A stretch of DNA of 64,000 nt, taken from Nitrosopumilus sp. Lineage in GTDB: Archaea; Thermoproteota; Nitrososphaeria; Nitrososphaerales; Nitrosopumilaceae. The notes below the pieces were generated by a model. That model was not told the origin of the DNA. It searched no databases and was given only the letters and a program-made list of their open reading frames with translations. Position numbers and translations under genes: made by a program. Shown one piece after another: positions 47,893-57,595 of this stretch (the first letter of the stretch is position 1; every line of letters begins with the position of its first letter). The stretch covers positions 1,312,001 to 1,376,000 of the forward strand of contig OZ244650.1 of NCBI GenBank assembly GCA_965218785.1. The letters are read 5' to 3'.

Positions 47893-47969
47893 CAGATTTC
47901 ACCTATCTATATTCATAGAATTCTGTACCTAGGAATATTACGGAAAATATCTTGTGAATAAACAGCAAA

Positions 47970-48075
47970 ACCATCTCGTCCTCTGATAAATCGTCTGCCT
48001 TGCGGCGCAACAAGATGGAATTACTTGCTATGTGTATTAGTACACAATACCATAAAAACTCTACTGTAGTATGAT
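47970..48075. repeat. Dispersed ~100-bp repeat, copy 2
   Basis: Matches 31121-31225. Confidence 0.8.
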
Positions 48076-48104
48076 TGTATGAGATTACCTACTTCAAAAA
48101 AAAT

Positions 48105-48606
48105 TAGGCGTAAAAATGGTTCTGGTGGATTCTAGTAATCTGATCACCAAAATGCACCAGAACCGCGGGGAATGAAAGATTCGTTACTAAGATGAAGGCC
48201 GAGAACAATTTATCCCTAGCGCCATCGTATGAAACGCTAACCTAGAGGGTAAGTATCTCGGTGACCATAGTACCACCTGCTAATATAAAAAATCTTATTT
48301 GGAATCCGTCTGATCTGGGGGAAGATCTGCTCCGATCCCTGATCTTCCTGCCTGCCAGTCTCTCCGGCATTGAGTCCAGAGGATATCAGATTGCGGGGTA
48401 CTACAATTTGGGTAACCCACTTGCGGATACCCACTTGCGGGGTACTACAATTGGGTGGTCTGGATAAAAAATCTTGGATTGTAAAGAGGGCGTTCTGCTG
48501 TTATAGTGCAGTTGAAAGCTATTTTTCTAAATCATTATGATCAAATCTATGTATTTGACAGGTTATTTTGCTCTAAAATACCATTTTTTACTAAAATTTA
48601 CGCCTA
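48105..48606. mobile_element. Putative MITE-like element with short terminal inverted repeats and TA flanks
   Basis: TA|GGCGTAAA (48105-48114) ... TTTACGCC|TA (48597-48606); internal hairpin 48118-48164 and direct repeats 48391-48457; no credible ORF. Confidence 0.45.
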
Positions 48607-48657
48607 AATTAGAACTTGCGTACACTTATTTATAACATGAGTTCAATATCATTATTA

Positions 48658-49737
48658 ATGAAAACAAAAGGACAGCAGTCCATGGATGAAGTCATGACTT
48701 TTGACGTAATCCGTGGCATTCAGGCAAAAAGGGAATATTATATCACCATGTGTTCATTTTCCACCATTAGTAAACACTTTGGGTATAACAATGATCCACG
48801 AATAACACCAGAACAAAAAGCACAGCGTAAGTTAAGAGAAGCAAGAATTCCCAAGATTGCCGGTTACATTTTGTCTAATCCAGATAATTATGTCATTTCC
48901 CCCATTACAGTTTCAATTGGAACCCGGTTACAATTTGATCCTTATCCAGGATTGGGTTCAGACAGCAAGGCGGGAAAACTGTTGGTTCCACTTGATGCAG
49001 TAATTTTAGTTAATGATGGACAGCATCGTTGTGCTGCGATAAAATCAGCGTACGAAGATAATCCAAACATTGGAAGTGAGAGAGTGCCAGTGGTAATGTT
49101 TGAAGACCGAGGACTCAAACGCAGTCAGCAGTTATTTGCGGATCTTAACCAGCATGCAGTAAAGCCTACAAAATCACTTAGTCTGTTGTATGATCATAGG
49201 GATACGTTTGCACGGTTTATAGTAACTTTAGTCAATGATTTAGACATATTTTATGGCAGGACTGAATTGGAACGTACCAACATAGGAAGACGCTCCAGTA
49301 AATTTTTCACATTGAATGGTGTAGCAGAAGCCACACGACATCTTTTAAAACTTAAAACAAAATCACTGGATGATGCAAAACAGAAACTTTCCGCAGAATA
49401 TTGGGATCATGTTTCAAAAAATATTCCTGAATGGAATCTTTTAATGCAAAATAAGATAAAACCAGAAAATTTAAGAAGTGAATATATTCATGCACATACA
49501 AACGTGCTAAGTGCGTTGGGAATGGTAGGTTATGTACTTACAAAAAATTCTGATTGGAAGGAGATACTGAAAGGGTTGCAGAAAATTAACTGGAGAAAAG
49601 ACAATCCAATTTGGGAAGATAAAGTTGTAATGGACGGTAAGATGTTAAAAAACAGACTGGGGATAAAGAGGGCTGCAAATGAGATATTATCATTACTGGG
49701 AGTAGATGCTACCGTAGATGGAGATGCCAGAACATGA
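48658..49737 (+). CDS. dndB: DNA sulfur modification protein DndB (DGQHR domain)
   Basis: GIQAKREYY, AQRKL...RIPKIA.YI, NDGQHR, QQLFADLN; start inferred about 25 nt after a TTTATAA box. Confidence 0.93.
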   Translation: MKTKGQQSMDEVMTFDVIRGIQAKREYYITMCSFSTISKHFGYNNDPRITPEQKAQRKLREARIPKIAGYILSNPDNYVISPITVSIGTRLQFDPYPGLGSDSKAGKLLVPLDAVILVNDGQHRCAAIKSAYEDNPNIGSERVPVVMFEDRGLKRSQQLFADLNQHAVKPTKSLSLLYDHRDTFARFIVTLVNDLDIFYGRTELERTNIGRRSSKFFTLNGVAEATRHLLKLKTKSLDDAKQKLSAEYWDHVSKNIPEWNLLMQNKIKPENLRSEYIHAHTNVLSALGMVGYVLTKNSDWKEILKGLQKINWRKDNPIWEDKVVMDGKMLKNRLGIKRAANEILSLLGVDATVDGDART

Positions 49738-51242
49738 CAGTGGAATCAATCTTCCAATCCCGAACCCTTGATAGCGTTTATGATGAGATAAGGCAGGTAT
49801 ATCTTGGAGACAACAGACCGTGGATTCTAGGATTCAGCGGGGGTAAGGATTCTACATGCATGGTTCAGCTTATCTGGAATGCACTATCCAAACTACCTGC
49901 TGAAAAACTGCACAAAAACATATTCGTAATATCCTCAGACACGCTTGTGGAATCCCCAAAGGTCGTAGAGCAGATAACCAACACGCTGGATATGATGGAA
50001 AAAGCCGCACAAGAATCACATCTTCCAATATCCACCAATCTGATAAGGCCTGTAACAGAGGATACATTCTGGGTCTGTCTTTTAGGCAAGGGCTTTCCTG
50101 CCCCCAGCAACCTGTTTAGATGGTGTACTGAACGCCTGAAGATAAGAAATGCAGATCGGTTCATCCAGGACAAAGTCTCTGAATATGGCGAGGCAATAGT
50201 GGTACTTGGAACAAGAAAAGACGAGAGCGGCTCCAGACACCAACTGATGAACCTGTATGCGATAAAAAACAGCCTGCTTTCACGACACTCAAAATTTGCA
50301 CAGACATACGTCTATACTCCACTACGTGACTTTACGGCAGAAGATGTATGGAATTATCTATTACAGCAGAAAAATCCGTGGGGTGCAAACAATCGGGATC
50401 TTTTGGCATTATACCAGAACGCAAACGCATCAGAATGTCCATTGGTGGTAGACAGCAGTACACCATCATGTGGAAATAGCAGGTTTGGATGTTGGACATG
50501 TACCGTAGTCAGCGAGGATACATCTTTGCGAAACACCATTGAAAACGGGGAGGAATGGATGGAACCGTTGCTTGAACTGCGCGAGGAGCTAAAAGAGACC
50601 CAGGATCCTGCAAAAAGAAAAGTTGTCAGATCCCTCAAGCGCAGAACGGGGCAGATGAAACTTATCGATGATGCACGCAAGAAGAAATTTGATGAAAGAA
50701 TCAGCGAATCCAAAATGGAGCTGAGGAAAAAGGGTGATGACGGCAGTGATGATCCATACTCCAAACTGGTTCCTGGGCCGTACACGTTGGAGTTCTGTCA
50801 GGAATTTCTTGAAAAACTGCTCAAGGCACAGAAAAAAGTCAGGCAAACCGGGCCGGATCCCAACATGATGCTAATTTTGGATGAGGAAATTCACGAGATC
50901 CAGAGAATATGGCGCATGGAGCGGGGTGACTGGAGAAATACAGCATACCAGATATATGAAAAGATACTCGGTGAGAAACTGGTTCTGCCTCAGGAGGATT
51001 TGGGAGGATTTGGCGTTATTGAGCAGGATGTGTTGGAGCAAATTTGTCATGAAAACAACGTTCCCACACTACTGGTTTCAAAACTGCTAAACGCAGAACA
51101 TGAATTGCAGGGAATGACGCAGCATTCCAAAATCTATCCCAAAATAAACAAGATATTGTCCGAGGAATGGAGAGAAGACCTAGATGATATAGTGCGCGAC
51201 CTTGAAGGTCAGAAACACGTGAAGAAGGAGTTTGGTGGCTGA
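49734..51242 (+). CDS. dndC: DNA phosphorothioation sulfurtransferase DndC
   Basis: RPWILGFSGGKDS, SDTLVE, RWCT.RLKI, CGNSRFGCWTC. Confidence 0.96.
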   Translation: MTVESIFQSRTLDSVYDEIRQVYLGDNRPWILGFSGGKDSTCMVQLIWNALSKLPAEKLHKNIFVISSDTLVESPKVVEQITNTLDMMEKAAQESHLPISTNLIRPVTEDTFWVCLLGKGFPAPSNLFRWCTERLKIRNADRFIQDKVSEYGEAIVVLGTRKDESGSRHQLMNLYAIKNSLLSRHSKFAQTYVYTPLRDFTAEDVWNYLLQQKNPWGANNRDLLALYQNANASECPLVVDSSTPSCGNSRFGCWTCTVVSEDTSLRNTIENGEEWMEPLLELREELKETQDPAKRKVVRSLKRRTGQMKLIDDARKKKFDERISESKMELRKKGDDGSDDPYSKLVPGPYTLEFCQEFLEKLLKAQKKVRQTGPDPNMMLILDEEIHEIQRIWRMERGDWRNTAYQIYEKILGEKLVLPQEDLGGFGVIEQDVLEQICHENNVPTLLVSKLLNAEHELQGMTQHSKIYPKINKILSEEWREDLDDIVRDLEGQKHVKKEFGG

Positions 51243-53284
51243 TGATCATAACAAAGGTGATACTGCAGGATTACGGTGTGTACAGGGGCATAAACGAGTT
51301 TGATTTTACCTGTTCTGAAAAAAGACCCATAGTACTAGTTGGAGGCACAAACGGTGCTGGCAAGACAACGCTTTTTGAATCTATAATGCTGGGTCTTTAT
51401 GGAATTGCCACCATGGGAAAGCGCAGCACGAAAAAATCGTATGAGCAGTTTATCGGGCAAAAGATTCATCGATATCTCAAAAGCTCGACATCTGCAGACC
51501 ATGCATCAGTTATAGTACAGTTTAAATTTTTTCACAGTGGACGTGTTACCGAATACCGTGTAGAGCGGTCATGGATGAGGCAGGATGGCGGCATAGACGA
51601 ACAACTAAACATAAAAAAACGCAGTTCGGATCAGGAAAAATTTGATCCGTTAGGTGCCATAGAAAAATCCCACTGGCAGTCCTTTATCGAAGATTTAATT
51701 CCAAGAGGAATAGTAAAACTGTTCTTTTTTGACGGAGAAAAGGTGGTAAAGATTGCAAAAGAAGGTACCGAAGATATCACAATCCGGGAATCATTCAAGT
51801 CGCTTCTTGGAATCGAGGTGGTATCACAACTTTATACGGATCTACAGGTAAATCTGACAAGGAATCTTACCGGTAATGCAAAAACATTACAACAGGATTT
51901 TGAAAGATATAATGCAGAAAAAAACGAGATCATGGAAAGTGTAAAAAGACTCAAGTGGAGACTGGCACAAAAACAGACAGAGATGGATTCGTTGCATATG
52001 GAGATAGACAACATGGAAATCAAGATCTCAAAAATTGGGGGCATGTTTGCCAGCAAACGAGACGAGTCCAAGGGCAAACTTGCCACACAAAAACTAGCAT
52101 ATGAAAACATACAACAGAGACTCATCGAGTCATGCTCAGGCGTACTCCCATTTGCAATCATACCTGCAGAGCTTGAAATACTGCACAAACAAATTCAGAC
52201 AGACGAGTCAATTCAGCAGCAGACTGCAGGCAAAGAATTTTTTAATTCCAGACTCAAAAAGATGAAATCCAAGGTAGAGACACAGGAATTCTGGATTGAT
52301 TCAGGGCTTGATGCAGATGAAATAGACAAGGCAATCTCAGTAGCATCTGCAGTGATAAAAAAAGAGATGGTAAATAATGACTCATCTGACAAACCTGTAT
52401 TTGACCTTTCATCTGAGCAGGCAGGCAGAATCACCGAAATAATACGACAGGCAAATACTGTTGCCTTGCAGAAAATCAGCGCGGATACAAAGAAGATAAT
52501 AGAGGTCGGCGAAGAGGTTACTCTTCTTGAAACATCAATTGCAAACGCCCCTGATGATGATGAGATAGGATCACTGATGTCCAGCATGGGGAATCTGCAC
52601 ACGCAGGAAGGAGCACTACAAGCAGAGATGGATCACATAGAGGAAAAGATAGCAAGCAATATGTCCCTTAGGGGTCATCTTGACTCCAAATTACGTGGCA
52701 TAGTGTCACAGATTTACAAAACTGAAAAATCAGCGCAGCATGTGGAAATGACGCAAAAAATCCAGAAGGTTTTAGAGATATTCATAGACAAACTAAAGAT
52801 AAAAAAGATTCACTTGCTAGAGACGTATCTGCTAGATGCCATCAAGACACTAATGCACAAAAAAGAATTCATCGAGGCGGTTCAAGTCGACCCGGACACG
52901 TTTGAGGTTACACTATTTAGAAAAAACGGCGACCAATTCCCAAAGAATCTTTTATCTGAAGGAGAAAAACAGATGTTTTCAATGGCAGTTCTGTGGGCAC
53001 TGGCAAAGACATCCGGAAGACCACTGCCATTTATGATAGACACGCCGCTTGCAAGACTTGATGAGGCACACCGAACAAATATTGTTGAAAAATTCTTTCC
53101 TACAGCATCACATCAAACTTTGATATTCTCGACTGATACTGAGATAAAAAATTCTGACTATAAGAAACTGGAATCATGTCTTATGCGATCATATGCTATG
53201 GAGTACCTTGACGAGGAGGGTGCCACGCACAAGCATGATGGATATTTTTGGAACAAGGAGGGTAAGCGAATTGTTGCGATTTAA
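51242..53284 (+). CDS. dndD: DNA sulfur modification SMC-like ATPase DndD
   Basis: GGTNGAGKTT, LFFFDGE, LSEGEKQ, IDTPLARLD..HR, STDTEI. Confidence 0.95.
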   Translation: MIITKVILQDYGVYRGINEFDFTCSEKRPIVLVGGTNGAGKTTLFESIMLGLYGIATMGKRSTKKSYEQFIGQKIHRYLKSSTSADHASVIVQFKFFHSGRVTEYRVERSWMRQDGGIDEQLNIKKRSSDQEKFDPLGAIEKSHWQSFIEDLIPRGIVKLFFFDGEKVVKIAKEGTEDITIRESFKSLLGIEVVSQLYTDLQVNLTRNLTGNAKTLQQDFERYNAEKNEIMESVKRLKWRLAQKQTEMDSLHMEIDNMEIKISKIGGMFASKRDESKGKLATQKLAYENIQQRLIESCSGVLPFAIIPAELEILHKQIQTDESIQQQTAGKEFFNSRLKKMKSKVETQEFWIDSGLDADEIDKAISVASAVIKKEMVNNDSSDKPVFDLSSEQAGRITEIIRQANTVALQKISADTKKIIEVGEEVTLLETSIANAPDDDEIGSLMSSMGNLHTQEGALQAEMDHIEEKIASNMSLRGHLDSKLRGIVSQIYKTEKSAQHVEMTQKIQKVLEIFIDKLKIKKIHLLETYLLDAIKTLMHKKEFIEAVQVDPDTFEVTLFRKNGDQFPKNLLSEGEKQMFSMAVLWALAKTSGRPLPFMIDTPLARLDEAHRTNIVEKFFPTASHQTLIFSTDTEIKNSDYKKLESCLMRSYAMEYLDEEGATHKHDGYFWNKEGKRIVAI

Positions 53285-53648
53285 CAGGCTCAGGATGAGC
53301 TACCGCTCACAGAATCTGCTGGCACACCTAAAATCCAGAACGGGTATTACGCCAAACGTCATGGGTAGATTTGCAATATGTTTATCCCTCAACGACCCAT
53401 CACCTCCAAATCCTGATGAATTTGATGAAAAGGGTTCTGAGATACATGCGTCCGTATTGTTTGGCGAGTATGAGGATATCTTTATGACACTAATGGTTCA
53501 GAGGTTACGACGGGAGGGGTATGATCCGGAGAAATATCTCAACAAGATGGTACGTGCCCACTTTAACCGTGGAACCATAGCGCTGTTTGCAAGAGTCCAT
53601 GATATCTCTGACTTTGAGAGGGTCATACAACAGGAGAGACAGAATTGA
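53271..53648 (+). CDS. dndE: DNA sulfur modification protein DndE
   Basis: LKSRTGITPNVMGRFAICLSL, LFGEY, AHFNRG; GGAGG upstream of the TTG start. Confidence 0.93.
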   Translation: MLRFNRLRMSYRSQNLLAHLKSRTGITPNVMGRFAICLSLNDPSPPNPDEFDEKGSEIHASVLFGEYEDIFMTLMVQRLRREGYDPEKYLNKMVRAHFNRGTIALFARVHDISDFERVIQQERQN

Positions 53649-54838
53649 TGAACAAGATGGTCCAAGACAAGGATCTGTCCAATTCCAGATTACCGATATA
53701 CCTTGATCACAACGCAACCACACCACTTGATTCCAATGTGCTAGCTGAGATGATGCCGTACTTTACAGAAAAATTTGGAAATGCATCAAGTACGGACCAC
53801 AGACACGGACATGATGCTTCTGAGGCAGTTGAATCTGCAAGAGAGGATATAGCAAATACAATAAACGCAAAGCCCGGAGAGATAGTATTTACTGCGGGTG
53901 CCACAGAGTCTGACAATATGGCACTTGTCGGCGTCATGAACAGGTATGCAGACAAGGGAGATCATCTGATTACCTGTGTTACAGAACACAAGGCGGTACT
54001 AGATGTCGCAAGATATCTTGAGAGTGTGGGGAAAAAAGTCACGTATCTTCCAGTAGATGAGCTTGGACACGTCAATCTAGATGAGCTTCATGATGCAGTT
54101 ACAGACAAGACCGTAATGATATCAATCATGACTGCAAACAATGAGATTGGAACCATTGCAGACGTTGAATCCATTGGAAAGATAGCACATGAAAACGACA
54201 TATTGTTTCACACCGATGCGGCGCAGGCAGTAGGGCATATTCCAATGGATGTACAAAAGATGAATATTGATCTGATGTCGTTTTCAGCACACAAGATGTA
54301 CGGTCCCAAAGGAATCGGTGCGTTGTATGTAAGTGGGATAAAGCCGCGGGTACAGCTGGATCCGATCGTAAGAGGGGGTGGACAGGAGCACAATATGCGC
54401 TCTGGGACACTCAACGTTCCCGGAATAGTGGGATTTGGAAAGGCAGCCTCCATTGCAGCGACTATGATGTATCAAAATAATCAAGATCAAAAACAATTGG
54501 CAGTAACCATGCTTAAATTACTAGAAGAGAACGGCTGGCTACTCAATGGAGACCGGAACAACAGACTTTCAGGAAACCTCAATGTATGCCATCCTGGAAT
54601 AGATGGCAAGGCCATAATTAATTCAGTCTCAAAACAGATTGCAATATCTGCAGGATCTGCTTGTACGACCCAGAATGTGGAGCCATCCCACGTGATAACT
54701 GCCCTTGGATACGGTGAGGAGAGAGCATATTCCTCAATCAGGATAGGGATAGGCAGGTACAACGTAAATGATGAGACAGAATTTGCTGCAGGGGGGATAA
54801 TTGAGGCAGTCAGGACTATTAAGAGATTCAATGGGTGA
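53645..54838 (+). CDS. dndA: Cysteine desulfurase DndA (IscS-like)
   Basis: YLDHNATTP, HTDAAQ, SAHKMYGPKG, SAGSACT; operonic with dndE. Confidence 0.93.
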   Translation: MMNKMVQDKDLSNSRLPIYLDHNATTPLDSNVLAEMMPYFTEKFGNASSTDHRHGHDASEAVESAREDIANTINAKPGEIVFTAGATESDNMALVGVMNRYADKGDHLITCVTEHKAVLDVARYLESVGKKVTYLPVDELGHVNLDELHDAVTDKTVMISIMTANNEIGTIADVESIGKIAHENDILFHTDAAQAVGHIPMDVQKMNIDLMSFSAHKMYGPKGIGALYVSGIKPRVQLDPIVRGGGQEHNMRSGTLNVPGIVGFGKAASIAATMMYQNNQDQKQLAVTMLKLLEENGWLLNGDRNNRLSGNLNVCHPGIDGKAIINSVSKQIAISAGSACTTQNVEPSHVITALGYGEERAYSSIRIGIGRYNVNDETEFAAGGIIEAVRTIKRFNG

Positions 54839-54959
54839 CGGATATGACAAATGACTATGTTCAAACTCAAGGTTGGGTAGAAATAATGCTGATGAAGTTG
54901 TCTTTCTTGTAAATACTCTAAAATCCCGAATCAAGATGATTTCAGGCATAGACGTAACG

Positions 54960-54975
54960 TAGAACTTTTAAAGGT
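54960..54975 (+). promoter_or_regulatory. Putative BRE/TATA promoter of the ParB-led operon
   Basis: agaacTTTTAAAg about 22-30 nt before the ATG at 54995. Confidence 0.5.
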
Positions 54976-54994
54976 ATTAACACCAATTGTAAAC

Positions 54995-55813
54995 ATGTCT
55001 AAAATTCAAGACAGCATAAATATTCCATTAGAACAGATAACTCTTAGCAAAAATCAAGCTAGACAGAGGGATACAAAAGTAGATGAAGACGATGATCTGG
55101 TTCATAGTATTAGAAAAAACGGATTACTTTACCCTATCCTTGTTAAGAAAATATCTGACAATGAATATGAGGTTATAAGCGGACAGAGGCGATTTCGAGC
55201 ACATGAAATCCTGAAGAAACCCACGATTAAAGCATCTATCCATGCAGATGAACTTGACGATTTTGAATCAAAAAAACTCTCCCTAGCCGAAAATATTGCA
55301 CGTAAAGATATGAAACATGCAGATTATGTAGATGTCATAACAGTTTTTCTGAATAGATATGGCAAGACTAAAATCGTTGCAGAAGAGCTTGGATTGTCTG
55401 TTTCAACGGTGAGAAAATATCTGAATATATCTAGATTACCAGAAAAAATTCAAGAAGCAGTAAATAAAAAAGAAATCGGACTTAATAATGCAATGAAAGC
55501 ACTAGATATATTGGGAGGTGACGAAACAACTGTGGATGAAAACAAGCTTTATGATGTAGCTGTAGCAATGAAAGGATTGACTCCACCTGTAAAAAATAAA
55601 CTTAAAGGAATTATAGAGAATGAGCCAGATACCACACCAAAAGATGCTGTAGAAAAAGCTAAAAAACGAGTTACAAAAAATCTCATTGAAACAGAAGTAA
55701 CAGATGATATGATAACCCGAATAGACAAATTCAAAGATATTGAAGGCATAGAAAAAACTGATGATGCAGCTGCAGAACTAATAGATTTGGGACTTATATC
55801 TAAAGATCTATAA
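54995..55813 (+). CDS. ParB/Spo0J-like protein (CTPase domain + HTH), no parA partner
   Basis: LVHSIRKNGLLYPILV, YEVISGQRRFRA, SLAENIAR, VAEELGLSVSTVRKYL, LPEKIQEAV. Confidence 0.9.
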   Translation: MSKIQDSINIPLEQITLSKNQARQRDTKVDEDDDLVHSIRKNGLLYPILVKKISDNEYEVISGQRRFRAHEILKKPTIKASIHADELDDFESKKLSLAENIARKDMKHADYVDVITVFLNRYGKTKIVAEELGLSVSTVRKYLNISRLPEKIQEAVNKKEIGLNNAMKALDILGGDETTVDENKLYDVAVAMKGLTPPVKNKLKGIIENEPDTTPKDAVEKAKKRVTKNLIETEVTDDMITRIDKFKDIEGIEKTDDAAAELIDLGLISKDL

Positions 55814-56550
55814 TGCAATTACTTGACGATCCGTATAGATTGGCCAAACTGCTTGCTAGTATTAATGTGCCTGGAGCTGACCGACCTCTCAGTCCCTTAG
55901 AAGTTTCAAATGAAATTTACACACTACGTTCTGAGTTAGATGATGATGCAGAGCTTGTAAAAAGATTACCGATATCCAGGGACATAATACAGCAGTTTTT
56001 GGCTCTGCAAAACTTGCCTGAAGAGATACAAGACATCATAGTCTGGGGAGAGTCAAAAAACGATACGGGATCCATTGGTTTTAGCGTAGCTAGCCGGCTT
56101 GCACAATTTGAGAACAAAGAAGACATTAACAAATTAGCCAGTGCGATTATTGATATTCCAAGACCCGTTATAAAGGAAGAAATCAAGGCAATACTGAGCC
56201 TAAAAAAACAGAACAAAAACAAACCCATCGAAGAATGCATCTCTGAAGTTCTCAAAGTTATGCGTCCTTTGATAATACGACATTTCTTGTTCATAAGTGG
56301 GTTGCAATCAGGCATAATAAACAAGTTAAAATTATCTGTAAAATCAAATCAAAATATACATGGACTTGCAATAGAAATATTACAAACGGTGTTCCCAACA
56401 GACTCTGTAAAAAGTGCAAAAGTTTTTGATGATTGTATCAGATTATCTATTAGTAAAAATGGAAGAGATTTCATTGATAAATACTCCGAATCTCACAACT
56501 TGTTAAGAAAAGATATAATAAATCATATGTTTGAATCAAAAGGATTCTAA
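55813..56550 (+). CDS. Hypothetical protein resembling the ParB central HTH region, lacking the CTPase domain
   Basis: LSPLEVS...ELVKRLPISRDIIQQFLAL.NLPEEIQDII; TAATG coupling to parB. Confidence 0.6.
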   Translation: MQLLDDPYRLAKLLASINVPGADRPLSPLEVSNEIYTLRSELDDDAELVKRLPISRDIIQQFLALQNLPEEIQDIIVWGESKNDTGSIGFSVASRLAQFENKEDINKLASAIIDIPRPVIKEEIKAILSLKKQNKNKPIEECISEVLKVMRPLIIRHFLFISGLQSGIINKLKLSVKSNQNIHGLAIEILQTVFPTDSVKSAKVFDDCIRLSISKNGRDFIDKYSESHNLLRKDIINHMFESKGF

Positions 56551-56552
56551 AA

Positions 56553-57593
56553 TTGAACACAGTGGATCTTTTTTCAGAAGTAGATATTACAACGAAAGGT
56601 GCTATCTGTTTGGGAAATTCACTTGTATGTGATGGATTTGCGTCTGGATATAAGGCAGCCGCATTTACACACATACACCATGATCACATAGCAAACAGTT
56701 TTGAAACATGCATGCATAATTATCCCACATATACATCAAAGATTACGCGTGAACTGTTAGAAAAAGTGACAGACGACATATACGACAAAAAAACTCAATT
56801 TCATACTTTGGATTATGGTGTCAGAACACTCATCCCAGATACGAGTGACTATCTTCAATTACTGGAATCAAGTCACATGCTTGGGTCTAGTCAAATTCTT
56901 CTTCATACACATAACAAATTAAAAATTCTGTATTCTGGTGACATATCCCCCACAGATACAGCACCAGAATGTGACATTCTTGTGGTCGATTCCACGCATG
57001 GCGTACCGCAATTGGACAAGAAGATAGACAGTGCTAGCCTTAATCGCCGACTGATAGACAAGGTGGTGGAAAGTATTTCTGAACAAAAGCCAGTCTGCAT
57101 CCATGCCCACAGGGGAAAGCTTCAGTCTCTCATGCACCTTCTATCGGAGTGTTCTGACATTCCAGATGACGTGAAATTTCTCTCCCAACTCATCGACAAG
57201 CGTGTGTCTGAGACATACAACAGGCATGGTTACACGACAAAGGAAATAATCGACATCGATACATACGAAGGGGAGGAAATAACAGACAATGGCTACCCCT
57301 GGATAGAATTTCGGACATCACTTGTACCAACTAAAAATGAAAAAGAACACAAACTCTCAAGCATATATGTAGTAGGTAATTTTGGCAAAACCACGATAAG
57401 ACATGACAAAAACGATGGAGGGTTTCATATGGCATCCGACGAGCATGCCGAATTTACCGATTTGTTAAAATATGTAAAGAATGCTAAACCAAAGGTAGTG
57501 GTGACTGATAATTATCGTTCTAGTTTTGGAAAACAACTTGCCAATGAAATTCAATCCAAATTGGGCATTCCTGCAAAATCTTTACCTGAATAG
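56553..57593 (+). CDS. Metallo-beta-lactamase/beta-CASP nuclease
   Basis: THIHHDH, SHMLGS, YSGD, VDSTHG, SDEHA motifs. Confidence 0.85.
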   Translation: MNTVDLFSEVDITTKGAICLGNSLVCDGFASGYKAAAFTHIHHDHIANSFETCMHNYPTYTSKITRELLEKVTDDIYDKKTQFHTLDYGVRTLIPDTSDYLQLLESSHMLGSSQILLHTHNKLKILYSGDISPTDTAPECDILVVDSTHGVPQLDKKIDSASLNRRLIDKVVESISEQKPVCIHAHRGKLQSLMHLLSECSDIPDDVKFLSQLIDKRVSETYNRHGYTTKEIIDIDTYEGEEITDNGYPWIEFRTSLVPTKNEKEHKLSSIYVVGNFGKTTIRHDKNDGGFHMASDEHAEFTDLLKYVKNAKPKVVVTDNYRSSFGKQLANEIQSKLGIPAKSLPE

Positions 57594-57595
57594 AC

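Noticed and set aside
54995-55813. Ordinary parAB partition locus or Wadjet-type system
   Set aside because: No ParA ATPase, no recognisable parS or replication gene, and no kleisin/Toprim genes. The neighbours are nucleases.
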